NCBI GenBank assembly: GCA_963662315.1
Contig: OY759353.1
Coordinates: 2,816,001 to 2,880,000, forward strand
Origin: Geopsychrobacteraceae bacterium
Lineage (GTDB): Bacteria > Desulfobacterota > Desulfuromonadia > Desulfuromonadales > Geopsychrobacteraceae
DNA: 64,000 nt
Reading direction: 5' to 3'
Shown here: positions 1 through 10,490 of the stretch, one piece after another
Layout of the letters: each line of letters begins with the position of its first letter
Position numbering within the stretch: position 1 is the first letter of the stretch
Translations under genes and position numbers: made by a program
Notes under the pieces: generated by a model
The model's input: the letters and a program-made list of their open reading frames with translations, nothing else
Databases searched by the model: none
Told to the model about the DNA's origin: nothing

Positions 1-435
1 AAATTTGCTCCGTGTTGCGGTGATGGCTACACGATAACGAATTCAAACGGCCGTTTCATTCGACATCGTCATAAATTCCGCCTGATGTCGGGTCGACATT
101 ATGTATTTTCAATAAGTTACAAGGATATTAAAGGAGGAAATGTCGGGTGATATTCCAAATAATCTTACTGCCAGAAAGAGGTACAGCTAAAATATTTTCG
201 TGTCTCCAGATAGTGACAAAAAGCCGACCAGGAATATGAATCGCCTTTCAGCATCCGAGAGTTTGACTTACAGCGCTTTTTCCATAAGGAGTTACTGTGA
301 AGCTATCAGACCATCATTGAGCAGCAACAGAACCTGGATCGCTTATCGCCACCCTAAATTAATAAGATCACGTATTGTGCAGGCTCGTTGCGCCATGATC
401 ACAGCATATGGTTGAAAATGGAGGGGCTTCTTAAA

Positions 436-900
436 TTATGCAGGCTGTTCAGGAAACAGCTTAAGCAATGTTTTGGCCCGATAATCAAAAATCTCCGTCA
501 ATTTGCCACGGACCCAAAGCTGCTCAACCACAAGTCCCAGTGGCCCAAACGGCAAACGGTAATAAACGCGATCGACCATGCGGGTACGGCGTGCCGTCAG
601 GGGCATGATTTCATGGTAGTGATACCAGAACTTATAGGGACCGAAGCGCTGTTCATCAACAAAGGACCGCTGTTCGCAAACATGTTTGATCTCAGTCACC
701 CAGCGCTGTTTCCCGAGCAGTGCAATGGCTATTTTGTACTCAATGATCAGTCCGTCGAACATCTTTTCCGGTGGCTTGGAGAGGATCTCAAACTTAAGAT
801 CTCCTGGCGTTAAGCAGTCAAGATTGGCCGGGTTTGAAATAAACCACCACAGGTCTTCAACACTCACATCAAGGTCAATGGTGCGTTCCAATTGATGCAT
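436..900 (-). CDS. SRPBCC (START-like) family protein
   Basis: 154-aa ORF with 'LWWFISNPANL..LTP' and 'FVDEQRFGPYKFWYHYH' motifs typical of SRPBCC proteins. Confidence 0.8.
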   Translation of the reverse strand: MHQLERTIDLDVSVEDLWWFISNPANLDCLTPGDLKFEILSKPPEKMFDGLIIEYKIAIALLGKQRWVTEIKHVCEQRSFVDEQRFGPYKFWYHYHEIMPLTARRTRMVDRVYYRLPFGPLGLVVEQLWVRGKLTEIFDYRAKTLLKLFPEQPA

Positions 901-973
901 CAGACTCTCCTTACTGATCAGTTCACAGCATTGTTACGTACCGGTTTCAAACAAAGAACCCGGCCAAATAGTT

Positions 974-1231
974 CTAGCTAGCCTTAGCAGCGTCATGAAT
1001 GCGACTGAGGCACTCGGCCCTTACCCCTTCCAGGGCAGCAATGGTGGCCTCCTGAGTGGTGTCACCTACAATTCCGCGTCCGGTCCAGTCATTTCCGTAA
1101 CGCACATAAAGCGACTGCAGTTCGGCGTCAACCTGGCGCAGTACACCATGTGGATCAGTCGCCATTCGGGCACTGAAGTAAGCTAAGACATTGGCAATAA
1201 TGTCCGTCTGTTTTTGCTGTAGATAATCCAT
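974..1231 (-). CDS. hypothetical protein (85 aa, start MDYLQQ)
   Basis: ATG directly after the kinase stop; operon spacing. Confidence 0.6.
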   Translation of the reverse strand: MDYLQQKQTDIIANVLAYFSARMATDPHGVLRQVDAELQSLYVRYGNDWTGRGIVGDTTQEATIAALEGVRAECLSRIHDAAKAS

Positions 1232-1232
1232 G

Positions 1233-2801
1233 TTAATGTCCTTTCCTGACGATGAGAAACAGCGCCAGCAGCATGCAGATACCGGAACCATACCCAGACC
1301 AGGGAGCATCAAGCAGCAGTAAATAAAAGGCCAGCGCCAGCCAGAATATCAGCCACAAAAAGCGCCGCGCATAAAGCGCCAACCGGTTCAGCAGATACTC
1401 ACGATCTGCAGGTGCCATGCGCACTGTCAGCTCCCCCTGTTCAGCCAGTTCAACCACTTTCCGGGTTTTAATCAGCGTCAGAGGCAATTGCATCACCTCT
1501 TTGCGTAGTAACGGCACCAGGCTTTCGCCATCGCCGAGAGCTTTGCCCAAATTGTCTTTAAGAATCGGCAGAATATCTTTTATGCCATTAAAGTTTTCAA
1601 TATATTGAGTACCAAGCCCCTCAATCAGGGAGCTGACCCGCATCACGTAAATTACATCCTGCGGCAGCTTGAACGGTTGATCATGAAGCACCTGCAGCAC
1701 GCCGAAAGCCAGATCCTGCATACTGCTGGCGGCAAGTTGCTGACTGTCAAAAATAGCAAACAGGCTTTCGGCGATATCAACCAGCTGATCCTGGGGAGCC
1801 TGCTCGGTCAGAATCCCCATGCGCCTTACCGCACTGACCAGCATTTCAAAGTTTCGTTCATAGGCCGCCTTGACAGCATAAATCATGGCCTGGCGGACAG
1901 GTGAGGGAATCCGGCTGACCATACCAAAATCGAGCAGCACCAGCTCACCGGCCCGGTTCACCAGTAAATTTCCTGGGTGGGGGTCGGCATGAAAGTATCC
2001 TTTAACCAGCATTTGCTCGGTATAAAACAGCACCAGCTTTTCCATCAGGGTGGAAAATTCGACTCCTGCCGCCCTAATGGCTGCCACATCATCAATCCGT
2101 ACCCCTTCTTCAAAACTCATGACCAGGGCCAGATCACTGCTTAAGTGTGGGTAAGGCTGTGGGAACCGGATACCGCGCTCCGCGTAAACCTGGCTGAAGT
2201 GCTCAAGGTTGGCCAGTTCGTGCTGCATGCTGACTTCCTGTACAATCATCTGGCTGAAAGCGCGCAGGACAGCTTCAATGGAATTCCGCGTCTGATCACT
2301 GAAAAGCGGTTTGAACAACCATTGAAACAAGGTCAACAAAAAGATATCGATGCGCACAATCCACTGGATATCGGCGCGCAGCAGTTTGACAGCAACAACA
2401 TCTCCAGTCGCGAGCACAGCGCGATGCACCTGACCAATGGAAGCACTGGCCAGCGCCTTGTCGTTGAACTCAGTAAAGACCTCTGGTTGTGGGAAGGCCC
2501 GTCGGAAAATACGTTGCTGCTGCGCCACAGACATTGCCGGCATGCGATCATGCAGTTGACGCAGGCGAGCAACGTAGGCTTCTTCAAAAAAATCAGCCCG
2601 CGTTGCCAGTACCTGGGCCAGCTTGAGAAAACTGGAACCAAGGCTGCGCACACACGCAACCAGGTCCTCCGGAGAAAAAGGTGTCCAAAGCAACCAGCGC
2701 TGACGTCGCTTAAACAGCAGAAATACTGTGACTAAAAAGCGAAACACCTGATAGCAGCGATACGGGTTTGCCTGCCTGAAAATGAGCCATAGGTAGCGCA
2801 A
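1233..2801 (-). CDS. ABC1/UbiB/AarF-family atypical kinase
   Basis: KLAQ, ASASIGQVHRA, VAVK, FHADPHPGN and LLDFGMV motifs; C-terminal TM segments. Confidence 0.9.
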   Translation of the reverse strand: MRYLWLIFRQANPYRCYQVFRFLVTVFLLFKRRQRWLLWTPFSPEDLVACVRSLGSSFLKLAQVLATRADFFEEAYVARLRQLHDRMPAMSVAQQQRIFRRAFPQPEVFTEFNDKALASASIGQVHRAVLATGDVVAVKLLRADIQWIVRIDIFLLTLFQWLFKPLFSDQTRNSIEAVLRAFSQMIVQEVSMQHELANLEHFSQVYAERGIRFPQPYPHLSSDLALVMSFEEGVRIDDVAAIRAAGVEFSTLMEKLVLFYTEQMLVKGYFHADPHPGNLLVNRAGELVLLDFGMVSRIPSPVRQAMIYAVKAAYERNFEMLVSAVRRMGILTEQAPQDQLVDIAESLFAIFDSQQLAASSMQDLAFGVLQVLHDQPFKLPQDVIYVMRVSSLIEGLGTQYIENFNGIKDILPILKDNLGKALGDGESLVPLLRKEVMQLPLTLIKTRKVVELAEQGELTVRMAPADREYLLNRLALYARRFLWLIFWLALAFYLLLLDAPWSGYGSGICMLLALFLIVRKGH

Positions 2802-3080
2802 TTATAACTTCTCCAGATCCTTGCGCAGTTGCTCAAGATCATCCTTGGTGGCCAAGTTCAGCTCACTGACGACCTCTTTCAGGAGGTCGCGCAACATAGT
2901 GCGCAGTCCTTCTTTTTCCTGCTCACCACGCTCAGCCATCTCCTTAAAAAAGTCACGGGCGGTTTCTTCAGCTTTATCAGCCGCCTGTCTGAACTCTTCA
3001 CGGTTTTTTTCCACCTTGTCCTTGACCGCCATGGCACTTCCCAATGCTACGTAAAATAACTGCTCAAGTCGCTTCTCCAT
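2802..3080 (-). CDS. phasin-like / PHA-granule-associated coiled-coil protein
   Basis: 92 aa with 'FYVALGS' N-terminus and 'LNLATKDDLEQL' C-terminus; typical partner of ABC1 kinases. Confidence 0.65.
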   Translation of the reverse strand: MEKRLEQLFYVALGSAMAVKDKVEKNREEFRQAADKAEETARDFFKEMAERGEQEKEGLRTMLRDLLKEVVSELNLATKDDLEQLRKDLEKL

Positions 3081-3195
3081 TGTGACTCTCCTTTAACTTT
3101 GCTCCAATGACCATCTGGCTGTTCTGGATTTGACTTTTCACATCCGTTATTCTATATAATATTTCATTACTTCTTTTTTTGTCTAGGACAATCTC

Positions 3196-4062
3196 ATGTT
3201 ATCAATTCAACAACTCAGTCAAGAACTCGATATCGGGGTCGACACCTTACGGGCCTGGGAGCGCCGTTACGGCTTTCCGACCCCTGAACGCGACTATCGG
3301 GGGCACCGCAGCTACTCGTCTACACAACTTGAAGAATTGAAGCTGGTTAAAAAGCTGCAGAATCATGGCCTGCGACCAAGTGTCATCTTTGCCATGTCCC
3401 CTGCTGAGAGAAAAGCAGAACTGAACCAAATGTCAACTGCCAGTAACGACAAACTGACAACTCTTGATCAATTGATTGTTTCTGAGCCCGACCTGATCCG
3501 CACGACTTTGATTGAACAGTTTCACAGTTTACCGCTGAAGAAACTGATTCAGAACCAACTGATCCCACTGATTACGGCTCTTGATCATGGCTGGGTCAGC
3601 AACCGGATTTCCATCGCTCAGGAGCACTTGATTTCCGACATTCTGATCTCACTACTCAGCCAGCATCTGCAACAGCATCAGCCCGAGCCAGCTGTTGCTC
3701 ATCTGCTTTTTCTGACCATCAACGGTGAGCGCCATAAACTGGGCCTGTATCTGTCAGCGACCCTGTTTCAGCAGTGTGGGATCAAATGTACGCTGATCCA
3801 TGAAGATCTGCCACTCAGTGAACTCCCTGAACTGTGTCAAAATATGCAAGCCCAGGGAGTTGCTCTGTCGTTCAGCCAGCACTATCAGAACAGTCAGGCC
3901 CGTAAAGACCTGGCCACCCTGCGCCAGTTACTGGCGGCAGACACGTTGATTATTGCGGGTGGGGACGCTGTAAGGAAAAAGTTTCGTCTGCCAGGCGTGT
4001 TGCTGTGCGCGGAATTGCAGGCAATTCCGGAACTGTGCCGGAAACATTTAAATAGTGAATAA
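3196..4062 (+). CDS. CarH/LitR-type MerR regulator with cobalamin-binding domain
   Basis: MerR HTH 'TLRAWERRYG', Wx9EH motif (WVSNRISIAQEH) and ExHxxG motif (GERHKLG). Confidence 0.85.
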   Translation: MLSIQQLSQELDIGVDTLRAWERRYGFPTPERDYRGHRSYSSTQLEELKLVKKLQNHGLRPSVIFAMSPAERKAELNQMSTASNDKLTTLDQLIVSEPDLIRTTLIEQFHSLPLKKLIQNQLIPLITALDHGWVSNRISIAQEHLISDILISLLSQHLQQHQPEPAVAHLLFLTINGERHKLGLYLSATLFQQCGIKCTLIHEDLPLSELPELCQNMQAQGVALSFSQHYQNSQARKDLATLRQLLAADTLIIAGGDAVRKKFRLPGVLLCAELQAIPELCRKHLNSE

Positions 4063-4225
4063 AATGAGCAGTAAGTAGCGACCAAAACCAGAACAAAGAT
4101 AAGACATAAAGTCGACGATCCACTACCAGACATGGATACCTCGCTCGACATAGCCACACTACATACCCGGATTCGCGAGCGGAATCCTTGAAAGCAACCA
4201 AATTGAGCCTAAAATTTATTTTCAT

Positions 4226-4260
4226 AACTATAAAGCCCGGTAGCTCCAGGCTTTATAGTT
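4226..4260. terminator. probable bidirectional intrinsic terminator
   Basis: 12-bp inverted repeat AACTATAAAGCC/GGCTTTATAGTT between convergent genes. Confidence 0.6.
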
Positions 4261-4267
4261 GAGTCAT

Positions 4268-4465
4268 TTAATTTGCCCGCCATTCACGAGGCACATCCGT
4301 ATGCTTTCCATCAGGATTGTAATAACCGGAATCGCCTTCCTCATCATCGAATTCAACATAGACAATACTACCGTCAACAGCGGCTTTTTTGGCCTCCTGG
4401 GCAATTTCCATTGAGGACGTACTTGTTGCCAACTTTTCGCCTTTAACTACAACTGTGTATTTCAT
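4268..4465 (-). CDS. small hypothetical protein (65 aa)
   Basis: ATG preceded by AAGGAGAG RBS; followed by a hairpin. Confidence 0.6.
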   Translation of the reverse strand: MKYTVVVKGEKLATSTSSMEIAQEAKKAAVDGSIVYVEFDDEEGDSGYYNPDGKHTDVPREWRAN

Positions 4466-4666
4466 AGAGCTCTCCTTACTGATTCTTTTGGATAGATATA
4501 GCCACGTTTAAAAGTTTCAGCCTTTTTACTAACTGCCAGCACACCTCACATAAAGGTATGTCCCTTCCCTGAGATCATTAAAAAATGCGGACGCTGGCCT
4601 GCCCTCCAGCGTCCTTAATCACAAGATGGGCGAAAGATCAATCATTGCGGATTTACAATGAAACAG

Positions 4667-5932
4667 TTATTTACTTCCTGCTGCCGGCATGGTTCCGACA
4701 CCGACACGACTCGTAGCTTTTGACCTCTTATCGAGAAAGCGATAAACAAAAGTCAGAGCAATACCAACAATGCTGGCAATCATGGCAATATAAAAAGCTT
4801 GTGTGTAATTCCAATTGTTTGCGATCGCAACTTTGGCCGCAAGCCGCGGTCCGATAAAAGCGGCAACGCCAAGTCCGATGAAAGTAATACCGTAATTGAC
4901 GCCAACATTTTTCACCCCGTAATTTTCGGCAATCATGGAAGGGAAAATTGCCTGTAAGCCACCAAAAACGGCCCCAACTCCCATGCCAGCAATAGCAAAG
5001 CCGACAATTGAAGACGTATTGGTGATAATCATCAGGACTACTGCGGCTAAAACATACATAATCGTCAACGTCGAATAACGACCAGTTTTGTCCGACAAGG
5101 AACCAAAACCGATCCGGCCACACAGGTTAAACAGGGCAATAATGCTGACCCAGATAGCAGCTGATTGCGGCGTCATACCATACATTCTCTGGGCTATCGG
5201 TGAAGCGTGAGCAATGATCATCATCCCGGACAGGGTACCGACAATGAACATGCACAAAATCACCCACCAACGTACATCCTGAAGCATTTCAATCCAGTTT
5301 TTGTCAACCCGTGCTGCGGCCATGGACGAAGCCTGAACGGGTGGTTCCCACCCCTCTGGCTTGTAGCCTGCGGGAGCGCGCTTTATCACCAGACTGCACA
5401 GCAGAATAATGATAAAAAAAGCAGCTCCCAAAACCTTAAAGGTACTAAGCACACCATGGTTGATAATCAGAGAGCTGGCCAGAGGAGCAACGATAATAGC
5501 CCCCGCTCCGTAGCCAGCTGCCTGCAAACCCGTTGCTAAACCGCGCTTATCCGGAAAAAACTTAACGGTATTATTGATATTTCCGGCGTACACAGTTCCT
5601 GCTCCGACACCGGCGATAATGGAAAAAGACAGATACAGCATGGCTGGTGAAGAAATAAATCCTACCAGGAACATACCAATTCCAAACATTACTCCGCCCA
5701 GAATGATATTAAACTTTGCGCCCTTCTTATCAACCAGAATACCGGCACAGATCATGACGATAGGGCCGGTTGCAAATGTGATTGTGAATGCCATCGCAAC
5801 AGTTGCCGGGTCCCACCCGAACTGTTTACCCAGAGGCATGGCAAAAACACTCCAGGCATATTGAGATCCGATACAGATATTGACCACGATTGCCGCGGCC
5901 AGAATTGCCCAGCGATTGTATTTCTGTTCCAT
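4667..5932 (-). CDS. OFA (oxalate:formate antiporter)-family MFS transporter
   Basis: Multiple TM segments; 'YAWSVF' and 'KFFPDKRGLATGL' motifs; start MEQKYN has a GGAGG RBS. Confidence 0.85.
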   Translation of the reverse strand: MEQKYNRWAILAAAIVVNICIGSQYAWSVFAMPLGKQFGWDPATVAMAFTITFATGPIVMICAGILVDKKGAKFNIILGGVMFGIGMFLVGFISSPAMLYLSFSIIAGVGAGTVYAGNINNTVKFFPDKRGLATGLQAAGYGAGAIIVAPLASSLIINHGVLSTFKVLGAAFFIIILLCSLVIKRAPAGYKPEGWEPPVQASSMAAARVDKNWIEMLQDVRWWVILCMFIVGTLSGMMIIAHASPIAQRMYGMTPQSAAIWVSIIALFNLCGRIGFGSLSDKTGRYSTLTIMYVLAAVVLMIITNTSSIVGFAIAGMGVGAVFGGLQAIFPSMIAENYGVKNVGVNYGITFIGLGVAAFIGPRLAAKVAIANNWNYTQAFYIAMIASIVGIALTFVYRFLDKRSKATSRVGVGTMPAAGSK

Positions 5933-6092
5933 CCGAATGTCCTCCATTCTCAGTGACACAGCTGTGAATTTAAATGAGGAGAAACTGGCGTTATTCCTAT
6001 TTTTTCTATATCCAGGTCTTACCTGTTTCAACCGGAGGGTGCGGATTCAAGACCCCGGCCTCCGGTTGAAACAGCCTTACGCCAACACAGTG

Positions 6093-6446
6093 CTATTTGG
6101 GCACGTACAGCACTTGTTTCGGTTTATTTTCAAGCCGTTTAGCCAGTGCGGAGACGGGACCGTAGTACATAATCTGAGCCTGACAATGTTGCACACAGGT
6201 AGGTAGCTTGTCGGCAGCGACCCGGTCTTCGCAGAGGTTGCAAAGACTGGTTGGCTTTGGTACGTAATTCCACTCCCACTTGCCGTCGTGTTGTTTACGC
6301 GGACCATCTTCCAGCAGTTTGATACCGTATTGATTGAGAGGCAGGTTCAGCTCTTTCATGCAGGCGACTTCACATGAGTGGCACCCCGTGCAAAACTCGT
6401 AATCAATCAGCAGCCCGTAACGGCCTTCTTGTTTAAGATCTGACAT
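6093..6446 (-). CDS. 4Fe-4S electron-transfer small subunit of the molybdoenzyme
   Basis: CTGCHSCEVAC and CNLC...PTCVQHC motifs; overlaps the upstream stop. Confidence 0.9.
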   Translation of the reverse strand: MSDLKQEGRYGLLIDYEFCTGCHSCEVACMKELNLPLNQYGIKLLEDGPRKQHDGKWEWNYVPKPTSLCNLCEDRVAADKLPTCVQHCQAQIMYYGPVSALAKRLENKPKQVLYVPK

Positions 6447-8784
6447 ATTTGAATCCTCCCAACTTGGTTACCTGCTCACCTGGCATAATTTTGCTGTTCT
6501 CTTCGGTAGCTTTGTAAATTTTGCACAGCAAACCTTTGTTAGGTGCACCATAGCCGGTTGGACCATTGGTGCACTGAGCCGTCAGGTTGTTACTGTTGGA
6601 GCTGAAAACACCAAACAGGCTTGGTTCGGCACCTGGCTCTTCCGGGAACCACCAGCCATGCTCGGCACTGACGACGCGGGGATCCAGAGTCGGATGGAGT
6701 TTGGCGCGCTGACGACAGCGGCCACGCTTGCTTTCAAGCCAGACCCAGTCGCCTTCTTTGATGCCGTATTTTTCAGCCGTTTCCGGGTGCATAGTAACCT
6801 GCGGGTCGGGGTGGAACATCCGCATGGTTTGCTGCTGCCGTTGCTCTGAGTGGAAGAACTCCCAGGAACGGGTACCGGTGGTCAGAATCAATGGATACTG
6901 TTTTGCCAGCTCTGGAGTTGAATAGGGGCTTTCCGGTGGTTCCGTATGGAACGGCAACGGGTCGATATCCCAGTCGGCGAACATCTGGCTGTAAAGCTGG
7001 ATCTTTCCGTCGACAGTATTGAAGCCGGGCTGGCGGTCACGCCGCAACAGACCTTTTTCGTATTTCCGGTATTCCCAGGGAGCGAAAGACCAGCCCTTAT
7101 TCTGCAGCTCTTCGAAGGTCATGCCGGCTTTACCTCTTTCACGGTACGGCTTGCCCGACCATTCAACCTGCAGAGCTTCGGGATACCTCTCCTTGTCGTT
7201 ACCGAACTTCCAGTTCAACCAGTCTTCGACGGTATCCCATGGGAACGCTTCCGGGTGGAGACGTTTGCCCAGATCGAGGATGATCTGCTCGTCCGACTTG
7301 GCTTCGTAGTACTGCATAACCTTGGAGATATGACGCAGCGGAGTAAACCAGGCGCGGAAGCTGTCGCGCTCAAGGCTCATACCAGCAGGCAGCACGATGT
7401 CAGCGCAGGCGATGGCACTCGGGGTCATGAACAGGTCAACGACAACGTTAAAATCAACCTTGCGGATGGCATCGTAAACACGGTGTGATTCCGAAGCCAT
7501 GTTGGCGATCGGGTTGGTGGTCTGCAGCCACAGCATACGCACCGGATAAGGCTCATCCGACTCAATAGCACGCAGAACAGAGTCGCCGTGGGCGGTTGAG
7601 GCAAAGCCATACATCTTCATCGGGTAGTTTTCATTACCCAGACGTTTCTGGATTCTTTCCGGTGGAACCCAGCTCAGACCACAGTTATAACCATCGTCAA
7701 CGTTGTAACCGGCTTTGGCAATGACGTTACCACCCGGAACGTCAACGTTTCCGGTCACGGTCCACAGAGAACATACTGCCTGAGCAGCCGGGATGCCGGT
7801 GACCTGCTGGTCAATGGCCAGACCCCACTGGATCGCAGCCGGTTTACTGGTAGCATAGTAACGGGCAGCGCTGATAATGATGTCTTTCGGAACCCAGGTG
7901 ATTTCGGCAGCTTTTTCTGGTGGATAAAGCTGGACTCTTTCCTTCAAGGCCTCGAAGCCGGACGTCCACTTTTCAACAAACTCTTTATCGTACAGCTCTT
8001 CGTTGATAATAACGTTGAGCATCCCCATGGCCAGGGCAGTATCGGTACCGGGGCGTACCTGAAGCCAGTAATCGGCCTGGGCAGCCAACCAGGTCAACTT
8101 AGGATCGACCACGATCAACTTTGCGCCTTTACGCATCAGGTCGACGATCCAGTGGCCAAAAAAGCCATCACCGTTGGTGATAATGGGGTTGTTCCCCCAG
8201 ATCATGATGACTTTCGGAACTTCATATTCGGGCAGGTCATAACGCTCCGGGTAATGCTGAGCGGCATCGAGAACGAAGAAGTCACTCTGCATAACCGCCT
8301 GCTGGGCGGCACGCGGCAGGTAACAGGCGTCACCGCTCAGGAAGCCAAGCGTATAGTTGGGGCTACCGAAGGCGGCATAGGTGAGATAAGGAACTTGCCA
8401 GATAATATTCCGACCGGTACCTTCCATGCCGATGATCGACTCTGGACCATAGTCCTTCCAGATAGCTCTGACCTTTTCTTCGATAATATCGTAAGCCTGA
8501 TCCCAGGAGATGCGCTCCCAGGTATTCTCGCCACGCTTACCGACCCGCTTCAGTGGGTATTTCAAACGATCAGGGTGATTAACTGCTTCCGGCAGGTTGA
8601 GACAACGCATACACAGACGACCGTTGTTATAAGGGTTGTCCACATCCCCTTCGACTTTAATAAGTCTATCGTCCTTGACGTAATACTTAATGCCACAGGC
8701 ATTGTGGCACCCAGGTCCTGACCATTGATGGGAGCGGCTGACGGTTAAATCGCCCTCCCTCCACTGCCATGTTCTTTCTGACAT
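6433..8784 (-). CDS. cytoplasmic bis-MGD molybdopterin oxidoreductase (DMSO reductase superfamily) catalytic subunit
   Basis: GCHNACG...LCMRC Fe-S motif, HPDRLKYPLKR, RPGTD, C-terminal MGD-binding domain; no Tat signal. Confidence 0.9.
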   Translation of the reverse strand: MSERTWQWREGDLTVSRSHQWSGPGCHNACGIKYYVKDDRLIKVEGDVDNPYNNGRLCMRCLNLPEAVNHPDRLKYPLKRVGKRGENTWERISWDQAYDIIEEKVRAIWKDYGPESIIGMEGTGRNIIWQVPYLTYAAFGSPNYTLGFLSGDACYLPRAAQQAVMQSDFFVLDAAQHYPERYDLPEYEVPKVIMIWGNNPIITNGDGFFGHWIVDLMRKGAKLIVVDPKLTWLAAQADYWLQVRPGTDTALAMGMLNVIINEELYDKEFVEKWTSGFEALKERVQLYPPEKAAEITWVPKDIIISAARYYATSKPAAIQWGLAIDQQVTGIPAAQAVCSLWTVTGNVDVPGGNVIAKAGYNVDDGYNCGLSWVPPERIQKRLGNENYPMKMYGFASTAHGDSVLRAIESDEPYPVRMLWLQTTNPIANMASESHRVYDAIRKVDFNVVVDLFMTPSAIACADIVLPAGMSLERDSFRAWFTPLRHISKVMQYYEAKSDEQIILDLGKRLHPEAFPWDTVEDWLNWKFGNDKERYPEALQVEWSGKPYRERGKAGMTFEELQNKGWSFAPWEYRKYEKGLLRRDRQPGFNTVDGKIQLYSQMFADWDIDPLPFHTEPPESPYSTPELAKQYPLILTTGTRSWEFFHSEQRQQQTMRMFHPDPQVTMHPETAEKYGIKEGDWVWLESKRGRCRQRAKLHPTLDPRVVSAEHGWWFPEEPGAEPSLFGVFSSNSNNLTAQCTNGPTGYGAPNKGLLCKIYKATEENSKIMPGEQVTKLGGFKYVRS

Positions 8785-8956
8785 AATTGCTCCTTCTGAT
8801 TAAATTTGGTTGTGTTGATCCAAAGAACAAGTCCATTCCAAATCGGGCCCTGCTATCACCTCCCTCTTACAACCTCTCAAAACGGTCCGCACAGCTGACA
8901 ATTCTGGAAACCCTGCTGGTCTTTAAGCACCGGAAAAACTTTATAACTGGTTATTT

Positions 8957-8972
8957 TGCAGCTACCGTGCCA
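8957..8972 (-). promoter_or_regulatory. sigma54 (-24/-12) promoter
   Basis: Minus strand reads TGGCACGGTAGCTGCA, upstream of the molybdoenzyme operon. Confidence 0.8.
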
Positions 8973-9224
8973 GTATATAAGCGTTTGTTTTTATTAGTAT
9001 TTTTATGATTATTCAAGAGCCTGGGACAGTTTGGGAAGGTAATGAATCAGAGTGTCCCAGAATGGAAAGCCGGTGGGACAAAGACAGGGACAGCACCTGG
9101 ACGCCCCTGCTTATTGGTCTAAAGTGGGATGACAAACAAAAAAAGCTGATTACTGTCCTTTACCCTGAAAGGGTTTGGGAACAGTAATCAGCTTTCGGAG
9201 CTGAGAATTTTCTGTTTAAGCAGG

Positions 9225-10405
9225 TTATTTCCCACTGACCCCAAAACGATAAGTCACATACAGGCGATAATCGTTGAAGTCTTCCTGACCATTGTCCTTA
9301 TCAATTTGAGCGAAATGCAGCCTGACTCTCAGACCATCAAGATTTCCCGAGAAGGCGTACTGCAGGCTGGAGTCTGTTTCATTAATCGTGCTGCCGGGAG
9401 CATCATAGATGCCATAAAAAACATAGGCACTCAGCCCTTTCACACCAAGCGCAGCAAATTCATAAACAAGCGTTACGGCATAAGCGTCTTCATCACTGCG
9501 GTCACCAGAGGGGGCACCACCAGAAGTGAGGATCTGCTGGACGATGACCTTGCCATACCCCCAGGGGTCGTAAATCGTATCGTCACCGGTTTTGGCATAA
9601 AAAGCGGTCAGATCAAAACCAAAGGCACCAACTCCAGCATTCAAACCATACTGGTAGATGTCAAGAGCACCCACCTCTTCATCCACCTGAGATTTCTGGA
9701 GGAAGTAGGTCGGTGATGCGTGAAGCACCAGATTATCCATTTTCATGCTGAAAGTGGCGTTAAACCAGGCCTGATAGAGATTATCGGGCATGTTGAAATA
9801 CCAGGACTGGACGTTACTTTTTACACCATCAAGCGGTAGCCTTTAATTAGCACCGGCAATGTAACATCATCATTGAATGAAATAAACTGCTCGTCAATCC
9901 AGCTCATGTAGTCTTTGAGGTAAAACCCCCATCAGATCCAGACCCTTGACCGATTTATTGAGAATCGACAGTCCACGATAGGTTCTGTTTATGGTTCGAA
10001 CTGGATGAATAAAAAGAAATGGCGTATTCACCTCATGGGCTCCGACCTTGATAGTCGTATCAAAGTAGTCAGCCTGAGCGTAATATTCCTGAATACGGGA
10101 AACATTCGCATGTCCTGGTGCGGTCAGGCCATAGTAAAATCCGTAATCGTCATCGTTAACAATATCGTTGGTGGTGCCAAGGCTGATACCTTTAAAGGAA
10201 TCAGTCTTGAAATAAATAGCCCCATCCAAGACCGTATCCCGGTTATCATTCGTACCACCCTTGAAATCCCTGGTATAACTCAAAAGACTGAATTCCCCTT
10301 TGATGACTCCCTGAGAAAACATTTCCTTCAGGTTATCGGCCGCAGAAGCAGTCGCGGCAAAACCGAACACCAGCAAGCTTACAAGCAATACTTTTCTGTT
10401 TTCAT
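9225..10405 (-). pseudogene. OprD-like outer-membrane porin, frameshifted
   Basis: ATG with RBS is out of frame with the signal peptide (KVLLVSLLVFGFAATASA); coding split over 9894-10424 and 9225-9791; C-terminal 'DYRLYVTYRF' beta-signal. Confidence 0.75.
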
Positions 10406-10490
10406 AACCATCCTCTTCAGTCATTAACGAGCAAGAAACATAAAAAATAATCCCTGCAAAACCATGGGTTTCGCAGGGATCAATAAACCA

